A DNA stretch of 64,000 nt from contig CDPCPM010000011.1 in NCBI GenBank assembly GCA_976551045.1, forward strand, positions 6,758,001 to 6,822,000. Reading direction: 5' to 3'. Origin of the DNA: Glaucostegus cemiculus. Lineage: Eukaryota. The notes under the pieces were generated by a model that saw only the letters and a list, made by a program, of their open reading frames with translations, made no database searches and had not been told where the DNA came from. Shown in pieces: positions 38,813 through 54,300 of the stretch. The position numbers and the translations under genes were made by a program. Within the stretch, counting starts at the first letter, position 1; each line of letters begins with the position of its first letter.

Positions 38813-41800
38813 CTGTAAAAGAAGAAGAAATTCATTTGTGGGCAAATATTTAATAGAAATGCTCTTACAAAAGGTTTACAGCAAAGTTAATTTTAGCACC
38901 AAGCAGGTGAACCACAAGTCATATACAGAAAGTACATGTTTGCAAGTATAGTTTGAGGTTTATTGCCTCAACTTTGCTATTTTTCAAAAAAAACCAGTAA
39001 CTCCTAAGAAACCAGTTCCAGAAACAGCCATATTTTGGTCCCAATGCAGTGTCCAAGGTTTGTGCATATTTGGACAGGAAATCCTAGCACTACATCAATT
39101 CAAGCACTTTCATTCCTCTTCCAAAACAGATTGATTAGAAGTTTTAGTTTTAGGACTCAGTCAGGACCACATTTAATATAGAATAAGGTATGGAGGGCAG
39201 ACTATCCTGTTTGTCAAGTGTAAAGTCCACACATACTTGACTACAATTTCACTGTAAATGGGCAACAAAACCTGCCAGATTGAGTGCTGAGCTACAGACA
39301 CCTTGGCTGCAATTTTATACAAATGCATGGAAGTTATACAAGAGAAACATGCTCAAGTAGTTTTAGGCCCAGTTTCTGAACAGGAAAGGCTCAAACCAGG
39401 TATTTAAGCAAAATTTACTGATGCTGCAAATCTGAAATTGAAACAGTGCAGTAAGTGCTCAGGTCTGGTAGCAGGCAGAGGGAAACTCATCTCAGGTTGA
39501 TGTCATTTCATAAAAACTGAAAAGGTCAATGTCCTCAACTCAACTGTCCCTCTACACAGATGCTCCAAGCATTTCAACTATTCATTACAATCCAGCTGTT
39601 TCCCCCATTAACAAAATGCAATAACTGCAGAAATGTGAAAACAAATTGCTTAAAATACTCAGGTCTGAGTTTTCCTGCATGTGCTCTAAAGCAGCAATTC
39701 TTATTTCCTTATGCAATTTCAAAGATAATGGAAATTTTATACATTCTTGTAAATTAAAGGCTTTTGAATAATGCAATACTCACTTTGTAATATAGAACCT
39801 GGAATTTTAACAGGCCAGCAATTCACTCAGACTGTACGAACTGTATATCCAGACCAAAAACCTATTACTACAGCAATACTGCTTTAAAATTTAACAGTAG
39901 AACTTGTGAATTTTCCCTGGTATCCTGTATTGAGCAGTTCTATTTGAAAGGTACTCTGCAGGTCAATATTCCTCAGATTGAAATAACTGTACCTTTGGGT
40001 TTGAAACCTCAGACAACTTAAATCCCCAGGGTAGGGAAGAGAACATTGTTATTGGAATCTTGGGTGTCATGCAGTTGACAAAAAGTGAAAGCCCTAACAA
40101 ATGTTTAAGCAGACATCTTAATAACTTCACCCAAGACCATGCATGGTACATAACCACCTCCACAATAGAATGTAGATTGACAATACTTCATGTACTTCTT
40201 GCTTGCACCAAGGTTTAATACGTGGAGTTTTTTTGAAATGGTGGTCTGGCTTGAGTGTCAAATCCTGAGAGTGTTACTGGACCTGCTTCAGGACAGGCAG
40301 ACCACTGCCAGTGATTTATAGAAATTTTTGGTAGAAGGGCAGGAACAATGGACCAAATTACACTTGCTATGGCCAGTTTTCCTACTAGCTCTACTAAGTC
40401 TGCACAAGCCCAACCTAGTGAATCACACATCTGATCAGTGAAGTGCACAAAAGCCCAACCTTACTCAGTGTCCTGGATATGATAGCAGTGGGGGTGAGAA
40501 TGATTTAGATTCAATCCCATACCAGATCTATCCAATGAAAAATTCCCAGGGTTAGGTATAGTTCAGTAAGCTTTGAAAGCAAACTAACCACAAGCATCAG
40601 CTTCTAATATTTTTCCACCAACTGGGTTTGTCTCAGATGAATGCATACAACTGGAGCTGCAGTCTTAAGTCTATGCTTTGCACTATTAACATGACAATTT
40701 AAAAAGTGGAATTGACCAAAGTGAGAAAAAGTCCAACCAACATAGTTCAGTACTGGCTATTCAAGGTGGTGGCTCAGCCTGAGAATACTCAAAAGAACAT
40801 TTGCTAAAGTATTAAATGCTGCCACCTTGCAATTTGGGGGATTAAAAAAGTCAAGGGAGACTGATAAATGGGAACCATAAATTACAGGTAACCCAGAGTG
40901 TGGGAACCACATCACTGAAAAGACCTCTGGTGTTGCCTCACTTAACTCAATCTGACACCCTAATGTCATGACATTGAACTAGGAGTGCCTTACAAGCTAA
41001 AACCCTAGCCTCAACTTTGCTTTTGATCAAAGGCTGCAAGAGTGCTCACTAGACCTTGTCCAACATCTGGGTGCTAAGCATTTAACATCAACCTTCTGCA
41101 TGCTCTAGAGAAACTGCAAATATTGACAAGGTAGCTGGCTTAGTTTAAACAGATTCACTCCAAATTTCAAAGCATATTCTATATTACGTGTTTGTGCCAA
41201 AATACTTAGCCTTAAAGTGCAAATACAATTACATTCAAGTTGTCTTGGAAATGCCCAAGCTAGCCAACAAGTAGAATGGTAGGACTAGAAAAGGGAACTT
41301 AACTATGTCAAACAGAGATATATTGATTAATTGATAAAGCAATCATACATTGCTTTGAGGACACAAATGAAAGAGGCTGCCATCTATCAGAATTTGAAGC
41401 AGCAGCAACTAAATTCAAACATGCATTCTCAGGAATGAAGAAATCCCTCCAATCATATTTAACTCCACTGGAAATGTTTGTAAATGCACTACTAGCTACC
41501 AGCTCTTGCCCATCTGGTAGCACATGCCAACTGTTGGCAAATGCTACTTGATAGAGTCCTTTTAGAATTATCCAACCCTTCATGGCATTCAGGTGGCAAG
41601 TCAGCTACAACTACTGCAGCCCTTCACATGAACAATACTCCCAATATTGTTGGGTAGTATGTTCCAGGATGAAGATCAAGTAAATTTAGAATGTCACTTG
41701 CAGATTAACTTCCATGCACCAGCTGTGATCACCCTCTATTTAGAGGTTGCAAGTATGGCAGACAATGTTAGAACCACAAATTTTTACAGCTGAAGTCTTG

Positions 41801-43844
41801 CAGCCACAATGAATGTTCAGTGCAGTGGATAGAATGCCTACTAAAGTGGACTGATTTTTCTGGATAAGTATACCAGAGGAGCTGATCAGGCCAATGGAGG
41901 AATTGGAGACTTACAGCATTCTGCATGGACTCTCGGTTAATCAGATCGAGCTCTACAGTTCCAAAGTTCATAAACTAGTTCAAGCAGAAAATACACTGGT
42001 ACAAGAAAAACCTGGACTTACCAGAGACACTTTGCATCCTAGTGCATGTAGCATCATGTTGGGAAAAAGCAAGTGCAGAGAAAACAATGTAGGGACATGC
42101 AGGAAGATGTTGGCAAGGTGAAATAGAGGAGGGAGTGACAATATGGAGCATGTGTCCAAGTCAAGTGGCAGTTAGTAGAAACTCAAACCAAAATTAGTCA
42201 AGCTTTAATGAGAAATGCACCAATACAGTTCAAGCTTCAAAAGTGATAAGTCAATAAGCTTCAGTGACTACACTTCATTAGTTTTCAGTGCTGTAAAAGA
42301 CTGAGTAGTTTCATCTTTCAGTTTCTCACTTAGATTAGATTTCAGAACTCACCAGGAAGCATACAAGTCTGTAAAAGTTTCCACAGAAAGATTACTCTTC
42401 AGGGAGGTGAACACAGATTATCCTTCAAAAACAAAACCATCTAATCCCACATTTTAACATTCATTCCTCATGGACAAACCTTCAGTAAGCAGTCTTAAAA
42501 GCCAGTGTCAAGGAAGCAGCAAGAGGTTTAGCTAGTCAATTACCTCAAATTTCTGTAATCTCTCCCATCTCCAAAGGAAAACAGGACTGCTAAAGAAAAA
42601 GCTGAAGCTAATCAGATTTGCAGTTTGCTGCTGAGGGAATTGGGTCAGCCATCAGAAAATAAACAGCACTTCATTTTTGCTCAAAATTACTCTGCTACAG
42701 AAAATGAACAGCTCAGTGCCTGCTGGTACAATGTTACCAAAGACATGTTTTCTTTATATACATGTGCTTATTTGCTATTCAAACCGGGCTGTTCCAGGAA
42801 TCGATGAAATGTAGGATTATGTAACTGGACGAGTTACTTGTAAAAATTCATATTTATGGCCCTAAATGCTGTTACATTTGTCTAGTACAGTTTGGCCTAT
42901 AACATCAGGCTGTCCTCAAATCAGAGCTACATTTTCAGATCTTTTACATTGGTCCTTATATTTCCTACTCTCCTTAAAAGCATTATAGATTAGATTTCAC
43001 ATTTCTTGTATACCAACTCAGACAACTATGATTGCATCTTTCCCTGAAGTTAAGCCTTGTGCAGTTTCCAGGTATTTTACAGCAACAGTTGAAATATCTT
43101 CATGTCCATAACTTATTTCTCCCCTTTCTCCTCCCACCTCCCCCCCCCCCCACACACACACCTGTAAAATTCTACAGTTATAAATTAGTTTCTGTACTAA
43201 CGTACTTCCCTAATGAAACACCCTCTGGAACCTCAATGTCGATCATGCTGCCAGCAAAATTATGCAAATTGAACAAACATTGCCTTTGTAAAAAAATTGA
43301 TGCAGCTGCAGTCAGATTTCTGAACCATGAACATGTATCAAATTCCATGTGTTCATCTTCATGAAGGAAGACAGTAGAGTCAATGAAACCTTTTGCTATT
43401 AAGCACAAAATGCTTAATTTCTGACCTCCTTACTTTTGTTAAAATTCTACTTTTCCCCCTTCCCATCTTGTGGCTTTAATGCAAATAATGCATGTCCCAT
43501 AGTATGTGATCCTTAGCTACAGATTAGCTGTTGGCCCATTGAGTTCCAAACTCAAATTCCAAAGGTAAACCCAGGCTCCACACCAATTTATACAAAGAAA
43601 GCAGGATTTCACAAGTCTTTCAGTACAAAGTTTTAACTAGTTCCCAGACACTGATTACAATAATCCAGCAGCACTTGCGTTAAAATCAGACAATTTTTGA
43701 GAGATCTGTAATCTGCATGGAATCAAGTTGCCAACCAGCACTGAGGGCAGAAAGGGATTAAAACCAAGATATCCAATATCATGGAACAGGATTAGTTTGC
43801 AGAGGAAGGGAAACATTTGGTGGAGTGCAAGTCAACAACTGAAG

Positions 43845-44110
43845 CTGGTAGAGCTGCTGCCTCTCAGCCCCAGTCCTGGTTGAATACCAATTCTAGGAGT
43901 TGCCACATTCACTATGACTACATGGGTTTGCTCCAGGTACTCGTTTCCTTCCCACATCCCAAAATGTGGGGGATTGTAGGAGTGGTTATCTTCTTAAATG
44001 GATCCTATGTGGGTGAGTGGTAGAATCTGGGAGTAGATGCAAATGAACAGAATTTTTTAAACATGTATTAGTGCAAGTGAATGTTTGTTAGTATGGATCT
44101 GGTGGGCCAA
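43845..44110 (+). mobile_element. V-SINE-like element (degraded)
   Basis: ggtagagctgctgcctctcagccccagtcctggttgaatac...gggtttgctccagg...tttccttcccacatcccaaaa. Confidence 0.55.
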
Positions 44111-47100
44111 ACTACTACACTGACCTGGGAAGAGTGAGACACACCATCATCCTTGCAAGTCGATTAATTCAAGTACAACTATTTACAACTTATGAGAACT
44201 TAAGCATTCAAAATAGAACCCAGTTATAATTACATGAGGATCCCAATGACTGGCTCAAATTTTGCATAGCCAGTCCATTGTTATTGACAGTTGGGGGAAA
44301 AATGATTTATAGGACTTACTCAAAATAAGGAAAAAAATCAACCAAATTGAACAATGCTAGGTCATACCATGCCTTTGTTCAAGAGACAACTTAACACTTC
44401 TACCATCTCTGCAGAACTCAATGTCTGCTTCTCCTTCAAGCACATCCCACCTTCAGCAGCACAAAACAAGCTTAGTTTCTATACAGTTATAGGCATCTCA
44501 AACTGTTGCACTGGCTCAGTGTTTTGCTATAACATTGATTTTCTAAACATGCAAGGTCAACAACTGTACCACATTCTCTAGTGTTGTCAAATTGTATAGT
44601 TTACTAACTGTACTCAACATCCTTAATTTCACTCATCCATTACATTTAATCTGTGCTTGAAAACTACCATTTTGTGAAGTCATCAGATAAGTTCTCAGGT
44701 CAGGCAGCATCTGGGGAATAACCAGGCAAATTTTCATGTCAAAGATGCCTCAGAAATGGAAACAAATTCAGGGGTAAGGGCAGGGTCAGGGAGGTGGCAA
44801 AGGCCAAGGTTAATATCTCTGATAAGGCAAAGCCAGGGTTGTCAAATTATAGATGTCTGCTAAATAGATGAAGGTAGTTTAAAAAGGCAGAAGAAACAGA
44901 CAAGAATGCTGGAATTGCAGAAGTCAGATAGTACCTTGTGCAAAAGCAGTTAATCTTCCATAAAATGTGCACAAAACTGGCTAGTTCTGACACAGGAAAA
45001 ACTATCAACTAAAACTGAATACATATCTGGTCCTGGAGATGGAAGTTCTCCACCAGTTCACATTACCCAATTTGCTCTAATGAAAGTTCCTGTGCCAAAA
45101 ACCACAAGCTCTCATTAGAGAAGCCAAAGTGCTGATAGGGCACTTACCAGTCCACTGATGTACCAAAGACCATTTACAATTTTAGGGTGAAACAGAATGC
45201 CTTGAATTTTCATCTTTGAAAACAATGAACATAGGGAAGAAAGCTACAAAAGTCAAAACAAATATTTGAGTTAAAGGTTAATTTAAGTCAGAATATGGCT
45301 ACATATTGAAGTCACTGCTTCAGGTTTGCTGCGCAATCTCCATGCATGCCTAGGCAACCAGCATCAGGAGTAGAGAAATTCAATCTTTCATTTAAGCAAC
45401 TTGAAAGATACTGGTTTTTATACAAACCTGTAATTGATATTAACCTTTGAACCTCAGCTTCAAATATAACCACACAATGACCAGAATTCAAAAGGCAGCG
45501 CTAAGGTGCTTTATAAAACTGACATCAAGATTTTAAAGGCTTGGTTTAACTAAACATACTGCTGCCCAACTTTAAACATGTATTTTTTGTGCAATTCACT
45601 TTTTAATACACTTGGTGGTATTGCAGTATATTGGAGAGAAAAAAGCTCCACCTAGTTACTAATGGAGGGACTGACTTAAGCAGGCAACTATTTCCAGGTA
45701 CAACCTTAATTGTACAATGTTTCAGGTAATTTGTAACATAAGATTAGATTTCTCTCAAGGTTAAAGTTTCCACATTTACATTGTTTTAACTGCCCTCTGA
45801 TCCTTCACTGGGCTATCAATTCCCTCGAAGCAGTATGTAATCAATGTGCCCTCAAGTGAAAACCTTACTGAGCCAAGAAACTCCTGCAACAACTATTCAC
45901 AATATTGAGTACCAACTCACTGGATTACAGGCAGCCAGCTTCATAGCAAGCTGGGAAACTCCAGGAGAGAATCACTCAACGACATTCCACTGCTGAGATA
46001 CTGCTCATGTCATCTTGTGCTCAGAGATCTGCTATGGCATGCAAACTGAAGACATGACTAGGAAAAAAGGAGATCAAGAGTAGACAAACTTATTGAGTCA
46101 GAGAAATTGAGAAATAAATGAACAATGGTGCACCAGTTTTGGTAGCCCATCCAAAATGGGAGGTTAACACCTTAAAAACAATTCTCCCATTACTTTGACC
46201 CCACAAATGCATTCACAACTTCCTACCTACAGAAGTCCCACATATTCTTGATGTACACTGCAAGTGATGGTGTACACTATCTGGTGCCAGATTTTGTATT
46301 GTTAAGTGTGCATGGCCAGATAGCACAAGTCTGGATCTGCTGGGTTCAGCAGTAGTAACGTGCTATTATTGATAATGTCACAATATCTTGGTAGAATTAG
46401 TACACAGACTGAATCACTGAAGCAGTTATCCCTATGATTTATGGGCTGAAATTATTTCAGTGGGACTTTATACAGTGAGTTTGCATGTGTACATCCAAAT
46501 TGTTGCCTCTTCTTGAAGTCAGAGAGCCATGTTTAAACCAGAGCTACTCAACTCTGCAAATTACTGTTGCAGTCGAAGTGCAGGCTGCATCCTGGAGAAG
46601 CTTCATTTAAATATCCCACTTTCTCCTGCATACTGGATTATCCAATTAATTGGATTTTAAAATCAAAAGCATCAAGTGTTAGATGGTATCCTGCTTAGCT
46701 TCCATCATGCTAAGGAGCTCAGATCAAAGATTCAGAGCCAACCTCAAGCATGTTTTGCTTGAACAGTGCACAACACTCATGCATGTTTCATGCAAGCTCA
46801 TTGCAACCTATGGCAAAACAGCAGTGGCTGGCTCCTAGACAATTGCTCTAGCACAAGGTGCATTTATCTAGATACAAACAAGCCAAATGGATAGGAAATA
46901 TGCTTGGTTCCTTTCCATGTAGTTCCTACTAATTAAATTTCAGATTAATCTGCTCAGCATCTTTCCCGATGTGTAGCCCCCTTGGGAAGATTACAGGATC
47001 TTTGCAAAAGCTATTGCAGAATCCAAACAAATAGTATTAGTTGTAGACCATTGTGAAGGATAGGGTCACAGAAAATGTTCATTTGCTTTGTAACTACTGG

Positions 47101-47889
47101 AAGCTCAGATGAATTGCACACAGGTTTAAATTGATGAGCACATTACCACTGCTGCTCTTGACATTGCTTATACTCTTGAAAGGTGGTTGACACTCAAGCA
47201 TTTTATGCAATGACATCCAAATACTTTTATTGCAAATAATGCATTTATATCATTGGAATGTGGTTCCATTTAATCCACAAACTGAATTTAAGTTGACAAT
47301 TTCAAACCCAGGTAGCTGTGTTGCTCACTGGCATTTCAGTTTATATTGTTCATGAAAATGAAGTGTAAATTTAAACTAAGATACACCACCACTCATCTCA
47401 TTCCTAGCATATCATCCTGGTTTTCAACTCTTCATAGCCACATCCTTTTCCTCCAGCTTGTTGCTCGAACTTCAGTGCTCCCCAATTCTAGTATCTTACA
47501 TATCCAAGTTTCAACACTGGCTATTCTCAACTGCATGACTAAGTAGAAATCCTTCATGATTCTGCTCAAAATAGCTTGAGATTTGTTCAAAATACTGCAG
47601 CTCAAGTGTTGAATTGTTTGACAATGTTCCCAAGAACCACCTTGGATCACTTTGCATCAAGTATTAAAAGGTGTTTAACCTACTAGTTAGTGTGACACTG
47701 GTTAATGAAAGGAGATTTTAACCTTACATTCACTCCACTTATACCAATGTGCTCACTACCATTCCACCAGTTTTAGATGCTTTGCTTTTTCCAGTCTAGT
47801 GGCTGAAGTTTGTTAAAAATATCTGCAGTGAGCAGACTTGACCTTTGAACTCAAGGTGTAATCTCATCCCTGTTAAACTGTATTATAAC

Positions 47890-48340
47890 ATACAAGTGGA
47901 GATTCACCTGGATGTTGCCTGGAACAGTTAGCTGCAGTTGCAAGAGGTTGAATAGGCAGAGTTTATTCTCATGCAAATGCAGGAGAATGAGTTGGCCTTG
48001 GAAATTAGTAAAAATTACGTGGGGCACTGATGGGACAGATGGTCAGTCTTTCCCCGGCCTGCCATCTCCTAGGGCAAGAAGTCTAGAATGTGAGGACACA
48101 AGTTTAAGGTGAGGGGAGAAATTTAAAGGAGATTGAGAGACATGTTTTTCCAGAGGGTGGTGATCATTTGGATCAAACTGCCAGAGGCAGGAGATAGAGG
48201 CAGATACAATTACAACATTTAAAAAGGCAGTTTGACAGGAACTTATATAGTAAAGACAAAGTGGGATCAGTATAGATGGGCATGCAGTACACATGGATGA
48301 GGTGGGCCAAAAGGGGCCATTTCTGCATTGTATGATTCTA
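47890..48340 (+). mobile_element. CR1 LINE 3' end (degraded)
   Basis: agtttaaggtgaggggagaaatttaaagg; ttccagagggtggtg..tgga..aactgccag; gggccaaaaggggcc 3' stem. Confidence 0.7.
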
Positions 48341-51300
48341 CATGCAAGCAAGGAGTACCTGGTCAAACTTCATTCACCTCAGACAAGATCAGGTGTACAT
48401 ACAAAGGGAAAACCACAATGTGCATCAATAACCAGTAATGATCTTCCAATAGTTGGAATAATTAGTATGTTAACAAAACAAATCAGTCAAAATATTAGCC
48501 CTAGCATTTGTGGCTGGTCAATGGATTTGTAGTGAATGAGAACTGGTATAATCTATAAACAGAATAGAAGCCTCCATGGTGAGTAACAATTCCAAAGTAG
48601 CTTGGAAGGTTTCTGGAGGGAAGGGTCTTTGGTGCAAGATGGACCACACATGTAGAATTAAGGTCCTGTTTGGGTTAGATCACAAGCTAAAGGAATGGTA
48701 CTCAAGTATTATGCATGCTACAGGCTTAACTTAGGTAACATATCAAGATTGTACCTGCAGCATACTTCATAGAAATGTGGTAGGAGGAAACCACTGTTGG
48801 GAACATGACCTAAAATCAGGCAGAGGCCAAGACCCTAGAGGACAAGCTGATGGCTACAAAGTATGAGGTAGGGCACTTAGATGTTAACGACACACCAAGT
48901 TCCAAATTTAAAACTAGCAGAGCAAGTATTGTGATCATTTTCCATGATAGCTGCATGTGCAGTTAAAATGTAGTACTTGTGCAGGAGGACTCAGTTTACA
49001 TTATTGCATTGTGCAAGGAGCAAGCACAAACCCAATACTGCATCATTTGGAATCACTAGATTTCACCAGGTTACATGCCATAGAAAAAGGCAAAAGTCAA
49101 AGCTTGAATCAGAAATTAGTTTTATTCAGATAAGACAATACATCTAGAGTCAAGCAGGCTGTGGAAGCTAATCAGGGAGAAGATCAGAGCAGCAAGACCT
49201 GTCAATAACTTCCCTAGTAGTAGGTGTCATGTTCTAAAGCAGAACTGGAGACTGAACAACTGTAGCAAAAACAAGTTTCACAAAAAAATTGGGAGATGTT
49301 AACCTCCAGATTTGGGATAAATCAGAAATTTGCAACTCTGAATGGTTCTCTGCAATATGTCCTAGGCCCAAAAAAGGGAGCAGGCCTTCAGTCTTGGTCT
49401 CATGAAAATGTGAATAAATGAAACATTTTACTGTAGTGCTTGATAGGAATAAACTCAGTCAAGATTCTAGACAGGTAAAAGGCCAATGTTAACTGAGGCA
49501 GACAAGTCAAGGTAAATGGAGAAAATTTGGTCATTACCAGCTTGATAGAAAGCAGTGTAAATCACTCAAAGTACAAAATAAAAGATAAACTAATTTGTAC
49601 CATCCTTCTTCTAAACCAGAGCATTAATTGCAGTCAAATGGACAAGTTTAAAAACTAGTTCAGATCCTGGTGATTGGGAGAAAAACTGAACCATAAAATG
49701 AAGGTAAAGATCAATTGTTACAAAGCTGTCAGGGTAATGTCAGGTTATTAATGAAGGAATGTAAGACGTTTGATTACTTCCCATCAGTTTAAGGAAGATT
49801 GTTTACATGTTGGCTATTCCTGAAGTTACTGAACATCAACCACAAGATAATTTATTGACTTGGCAGCAGATCAGCCAAGCACAAGAGGGCCACATACTTT
49901 AACTGATGCAACTGATACTGCAAGCAGCTTTAATGTGCAACTACATCTGTAAACTTGAATGATGGAATGGAAAGACATCTACATTTCTATGACAAAGATG
50001 AATTACACTGGAATCAATGTAGATGCAAGCACAATATTAAAGATGGCTGCATAATTATTCTATCAAATTTAATTACCCAAATTGAATATCTATTTTGAAC
50101 TCAGCAATTTAAGGGGATGGTGACAAACAAGTGGCAATTAATTGGAAAGTGGTATATAGATTTAAAATGTCACCATGTTTTAAAATATTAAGATTAATGG
50201 GTCCAAGGGAATAATTTGTATTGTGCTGTTATAATACAGGAATGTAGATTTTCAGGGGAACCCAAGGGTGCTGTGTCCCTTTGAGACTACAAATTGAAAT
50301 TCTTTGAAAACATTTGGAACAAAGCTTTTCAGAAGCCAAGTAGAAGGCAGTAGGCAAAAAGCATTTAACACTGGTGTTCAAGTCTTAAGCTTTTACATCC
50401 AAAATTGTAAAGACTGCCATTAACCAAAATGTTGAGGGAGGGATCTGAGAGCAGGTATATTGGGCAAGGTCAGAATACTATAATCTTTAACTGAACAGAC
50501 TCAAGGGATCAAATGGTCAACTTTATTACGAGCAAGGGAGGTTTGTAGTCAACTGACTTCTGGCACTGTAAGGAGACAAAGGCAGCCATGAAGTCAAAAA
50601 CCCTGCAATCACTCCTTACATTAAGGAGCTCAATTTCTCAACAAGTCAAAGTGAAAAATGCCACCTGAAGTCATGCTCGTGCAACTGAAACCAAAACAGG
50701 GATGAGAGAACAGGTTGCTTTCTAACCTCATTTGTGAATGAATGCATGCTTCAGGGTTAGGAAGGCACAAACTAGAAATGTGGAGGCAAACAGTTTAAAA
50801 TCCTATGTTGTGATAATAGTTACACTTCCTAGGAAACCACTTCTGAATCTTTAAGAGCTTGAGTACTGGATCATAGAATGAATGAGAGTCATGAAAGGCA
50901 GAATTAGAGGAAAAATAGGTACTAGTGAAGATAAGGCAGAGGTGGAGCAAATACCACAGCAAGTTGTGTGGGAAACAGCATCACCAGAGATACATGCCAA
51001 GATATGCTAAAGGAATCCTAGTTCCCATAAACATCCATACAATTACAATGGATGGGTCCTTTTGAAGCCTGTATTAATGGTCATATGGCATCTGTAGGGT
51101 TCAGGTTTAAATACATTCTTTCCAGTTTTCATTGAACCTTCTCTCCCCAGAAGATTCAGTTTTCTAGTTTACAAATGACCAGTTACAGGTTTAAAAAGGT
51201 TCTAGTAACAGTTAATTTGCTAGGCAGGCAATAATTCAAGAGTAACACACATGGGGAGTGTTATGTGGAAGATTGACATGCATGGGGCACACCGAAAATA

Positions 51301-54300
51301 GATGAGCCTTACCAAAACATGGTTACACAGTGTCATCGGGCCTAGAACCTACACAGACGTGAGGTCAGGGGTTAACTCAACCCTGTAATGAAAGGTCAGG
51401 AATAAAGATTGGCAAAGCTCAAAAGAAAAAGCAGCACAGCAATGTTAAATATAAATAAAACCAGTATTGGCTGACATTCAAACAAAAAATGCAGATGCAA
51501 TAATGTAATGCACAAATCAATGAACAGTACTAGAATTTTACATTACAAAACCATTTGGATCCATTTTAATCTAGAAATGCTAGCTTTAATCAATGTGTGG
51601 CATCAGCAGGTAAATGTTACTTTCTACTAACTGATTTTAGGAAGGTTGATATCTTCAGTTTGAAGGAAGCATTCTTATGAAGCATTTGTATTTTTCTGAT
51701 ATCACCAACATTACTTTCTAGACAAAAGTCAAATCAAAAGCAACAGTCATGATTTAAGTCAGTTCACCAATTGTGTAATCAAGAACAGCACAAAATGTCT
51801 TACCGGCCCCAATGAAGTTACAATCATTTCAAACTGCCAAAGATGGTAAATGGTTGGCAGGAGGAAGGTGTATTTGCTTAGGTTTCAAGAACCTGCATAA
51901 TCTCATAAAGTCAAACTGGTACTTTGAGTCCTTAAAATTCTGCTTGTTTAGCAATTCTAGTGAACACTCAAGCACCCTTCATGTCCTTGGGACAGTCCTA
52001 TGTGACTAATAACCAAATTACTTCCAACTTGGACAAATACCAGGAGCCAATTTGGCAACAAAGCCACAGATGGATGGTTGACTATTTGTGCTGCAATCGG
52101 TTGATCAGTCAAGTACTTTTAACTGTGTGGGATGGCTGTCTACACTTAGTGAACACAATGTCATGGCAGAGCATAAATTGTTCACTGAGTACTGGACTTC
52201 CACTAAAATGGCTGCACTGTCAGTCTAGTTTGTATAATGGCAAGGCCTGGTGCCATGATTACAAGATCAACAAGCTGAGCCAGAGGGAAAAACTGGAACA
52301 GGAAGTGCTGTAATTTTGAGCAGTTACATTAGCAGATTGAAGTCATTGGACAGTTTTTATTCACAGATTCTGTAGCTTTCATTAATTGAAAGAAATTCTT
52401 TTCCTGGCTTCGAGTCCCCCCGACCTCCTGCTTCTTCATTGAGTATCAAGTATTCTCGGATACCCTGGATTTAAGGCCAGTCACCAACTCATGTAGAACC
52501 TGCCCATAGTTAAAAATTTAAGCCTGGACCACATTGTTACTGTAGTGATTGAACAATGAGATTTCATTAAGGAACTTGTTTAATAGCATCTCTATTGGTC
52601 TTATACTTTAGATCATGTACCTTCAGTCTCATTGATATATACTTAATGTGCATACCAAGTACAATAATGGATCTGTTAGTAACATACCAAGGTACTTTAA
52701 ACTGTGCCAATTTGTTCATGTCTTAACCAGAGTTCCATACCAATAAACATGCCTAGCACCCAGTTGCAGCTTAATCCTCCAACTAATGCCAAAATAATTT
52801 GAAAGGCAGAAAATTTAACATGCAGTGCTTAAGCCACTCAGCCCTCTGCTGTTATTGGTTCAATTGTAACCTCAAACTTTGCATTCTTCATAACCCAGTA
52901 ACTTTTCACCCACTTAAGTAGCCATCTACCAGCCTTCCAGGAAGTTTTAAATGTCCTAAAATACATTTCAAACAAATCTCATTCTGAACCCTAGCAGATA
53001 CAAGACATTTCCTTGAGATATGCCACCCACCTGTAGATTGGCCAGCATTGGGACAAGGTTACAGCAGGTCAAGGTAGAATTCTCACTGAAAGTGTGTTCA
53101 TTTGAGTGGAATGCCATCACTAAAAAAATGTTAGCTGCTTATCAGAATGAAAATAGAGTTCAATATTTCACTAGTTCATTTCTTGCACAAAATCAGTACA
53201 TTTTTGATCATGCCATTCTGAAATGTTTGAACTAAAAGGCTCTAGCTTAAATTACTGTTAGAAATTCTAATGTCTTGTATTGGATTTGCTTGATAACAAG
53301 TTCTAACTGCAGTGGCACTCATTAAAACACACCTAAGTTATGAGTAATTTGATTCAAGTAGTTAACTTCAATGCTACACTAAAAAAAGCATTAAGATACT
53401 TGCCCTTTGAAATGCAAGTCAACATGTGTAGGTTTCCCTTGCTGTAATTTGATCCACCCAAATCTTCCTACAGATCTTCTAAACCATGCATCCCTAGAGC
53501 AAAACTTGGTTTATTCAAGCCCTCAAACTTGACCTGCACTTAACCTTCAAAGCCAAGGACTTAATCAACCCCAAGTTTAAACTAATCCTGCAGAAATCCC
53601 TGTTTGAACAACATTTGTCATACATGCCAGACAATGTCCACCACAAACTGAATTATTTTGCTATCTTAAGTCTGTTGGCATTAGAACAAACTGATGCAGG
53701 AAACCAGGTCACATCCAACTCAGATACAACTTATCAGATGATATCATTAGTTTCTGACAGATTAAGCTTCACTTCTAGTCATTTAGAACTGCTCAGACTA
53801 CTACACAATGATCTACAAAGACAAATTTATGTCACCCAATAAGACCAAAAGCCATTTGGCAACCAAGTATTTAATTTTGCTCAGATAATTCCAGATTTAC
53901 ACTCAAGTTCCCTTCAAAGGAAATGATTTTTAAAGACAGCAACTGTCCAACTTGATTAGTTTTCAATGAGCTCAAAGTTAACAAAATACCAAGGATAGTC
54001 AAGCACAAGGAGGAGTCTTAAATAACAAATGCTTTATTGAGAGAATTTTCACATTGATTTAGAGCTTCCATCAATTCTCAATGTCATTTGGGGGGGGGGG
54101 GGGGGGGGCAAGTCTAACCACATTCATGGCTCTCACCACTTGTTTCTCACAGCAAGTGATGCATTCTCTGGAAAGCCAAATACAACCACAATTCTTTTTC
54201 GGTCAAGAAAAAATCTGCTTAGATTAAAAGTGGGGTATCTGGAATTGAAAGGGCATACAGCCTTCAAACTCTAGCTGTCTGACAGAGGCCTTTAACATTT

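Noticed and set aside
47851-47869. Candidate MXRA7 alternative last exon RDEITP*
   Set aside because: In phase, but the polypyrimidine tract is weak, it abuts a CR1 remnant and there is no independent support
54089-54108. Poly-G runs (also 43140-43150 and 55744-55766) as regulatory G4 elements
   Set aside because: Isolated intronic homopolymers with no supporting context and unreliable lengths
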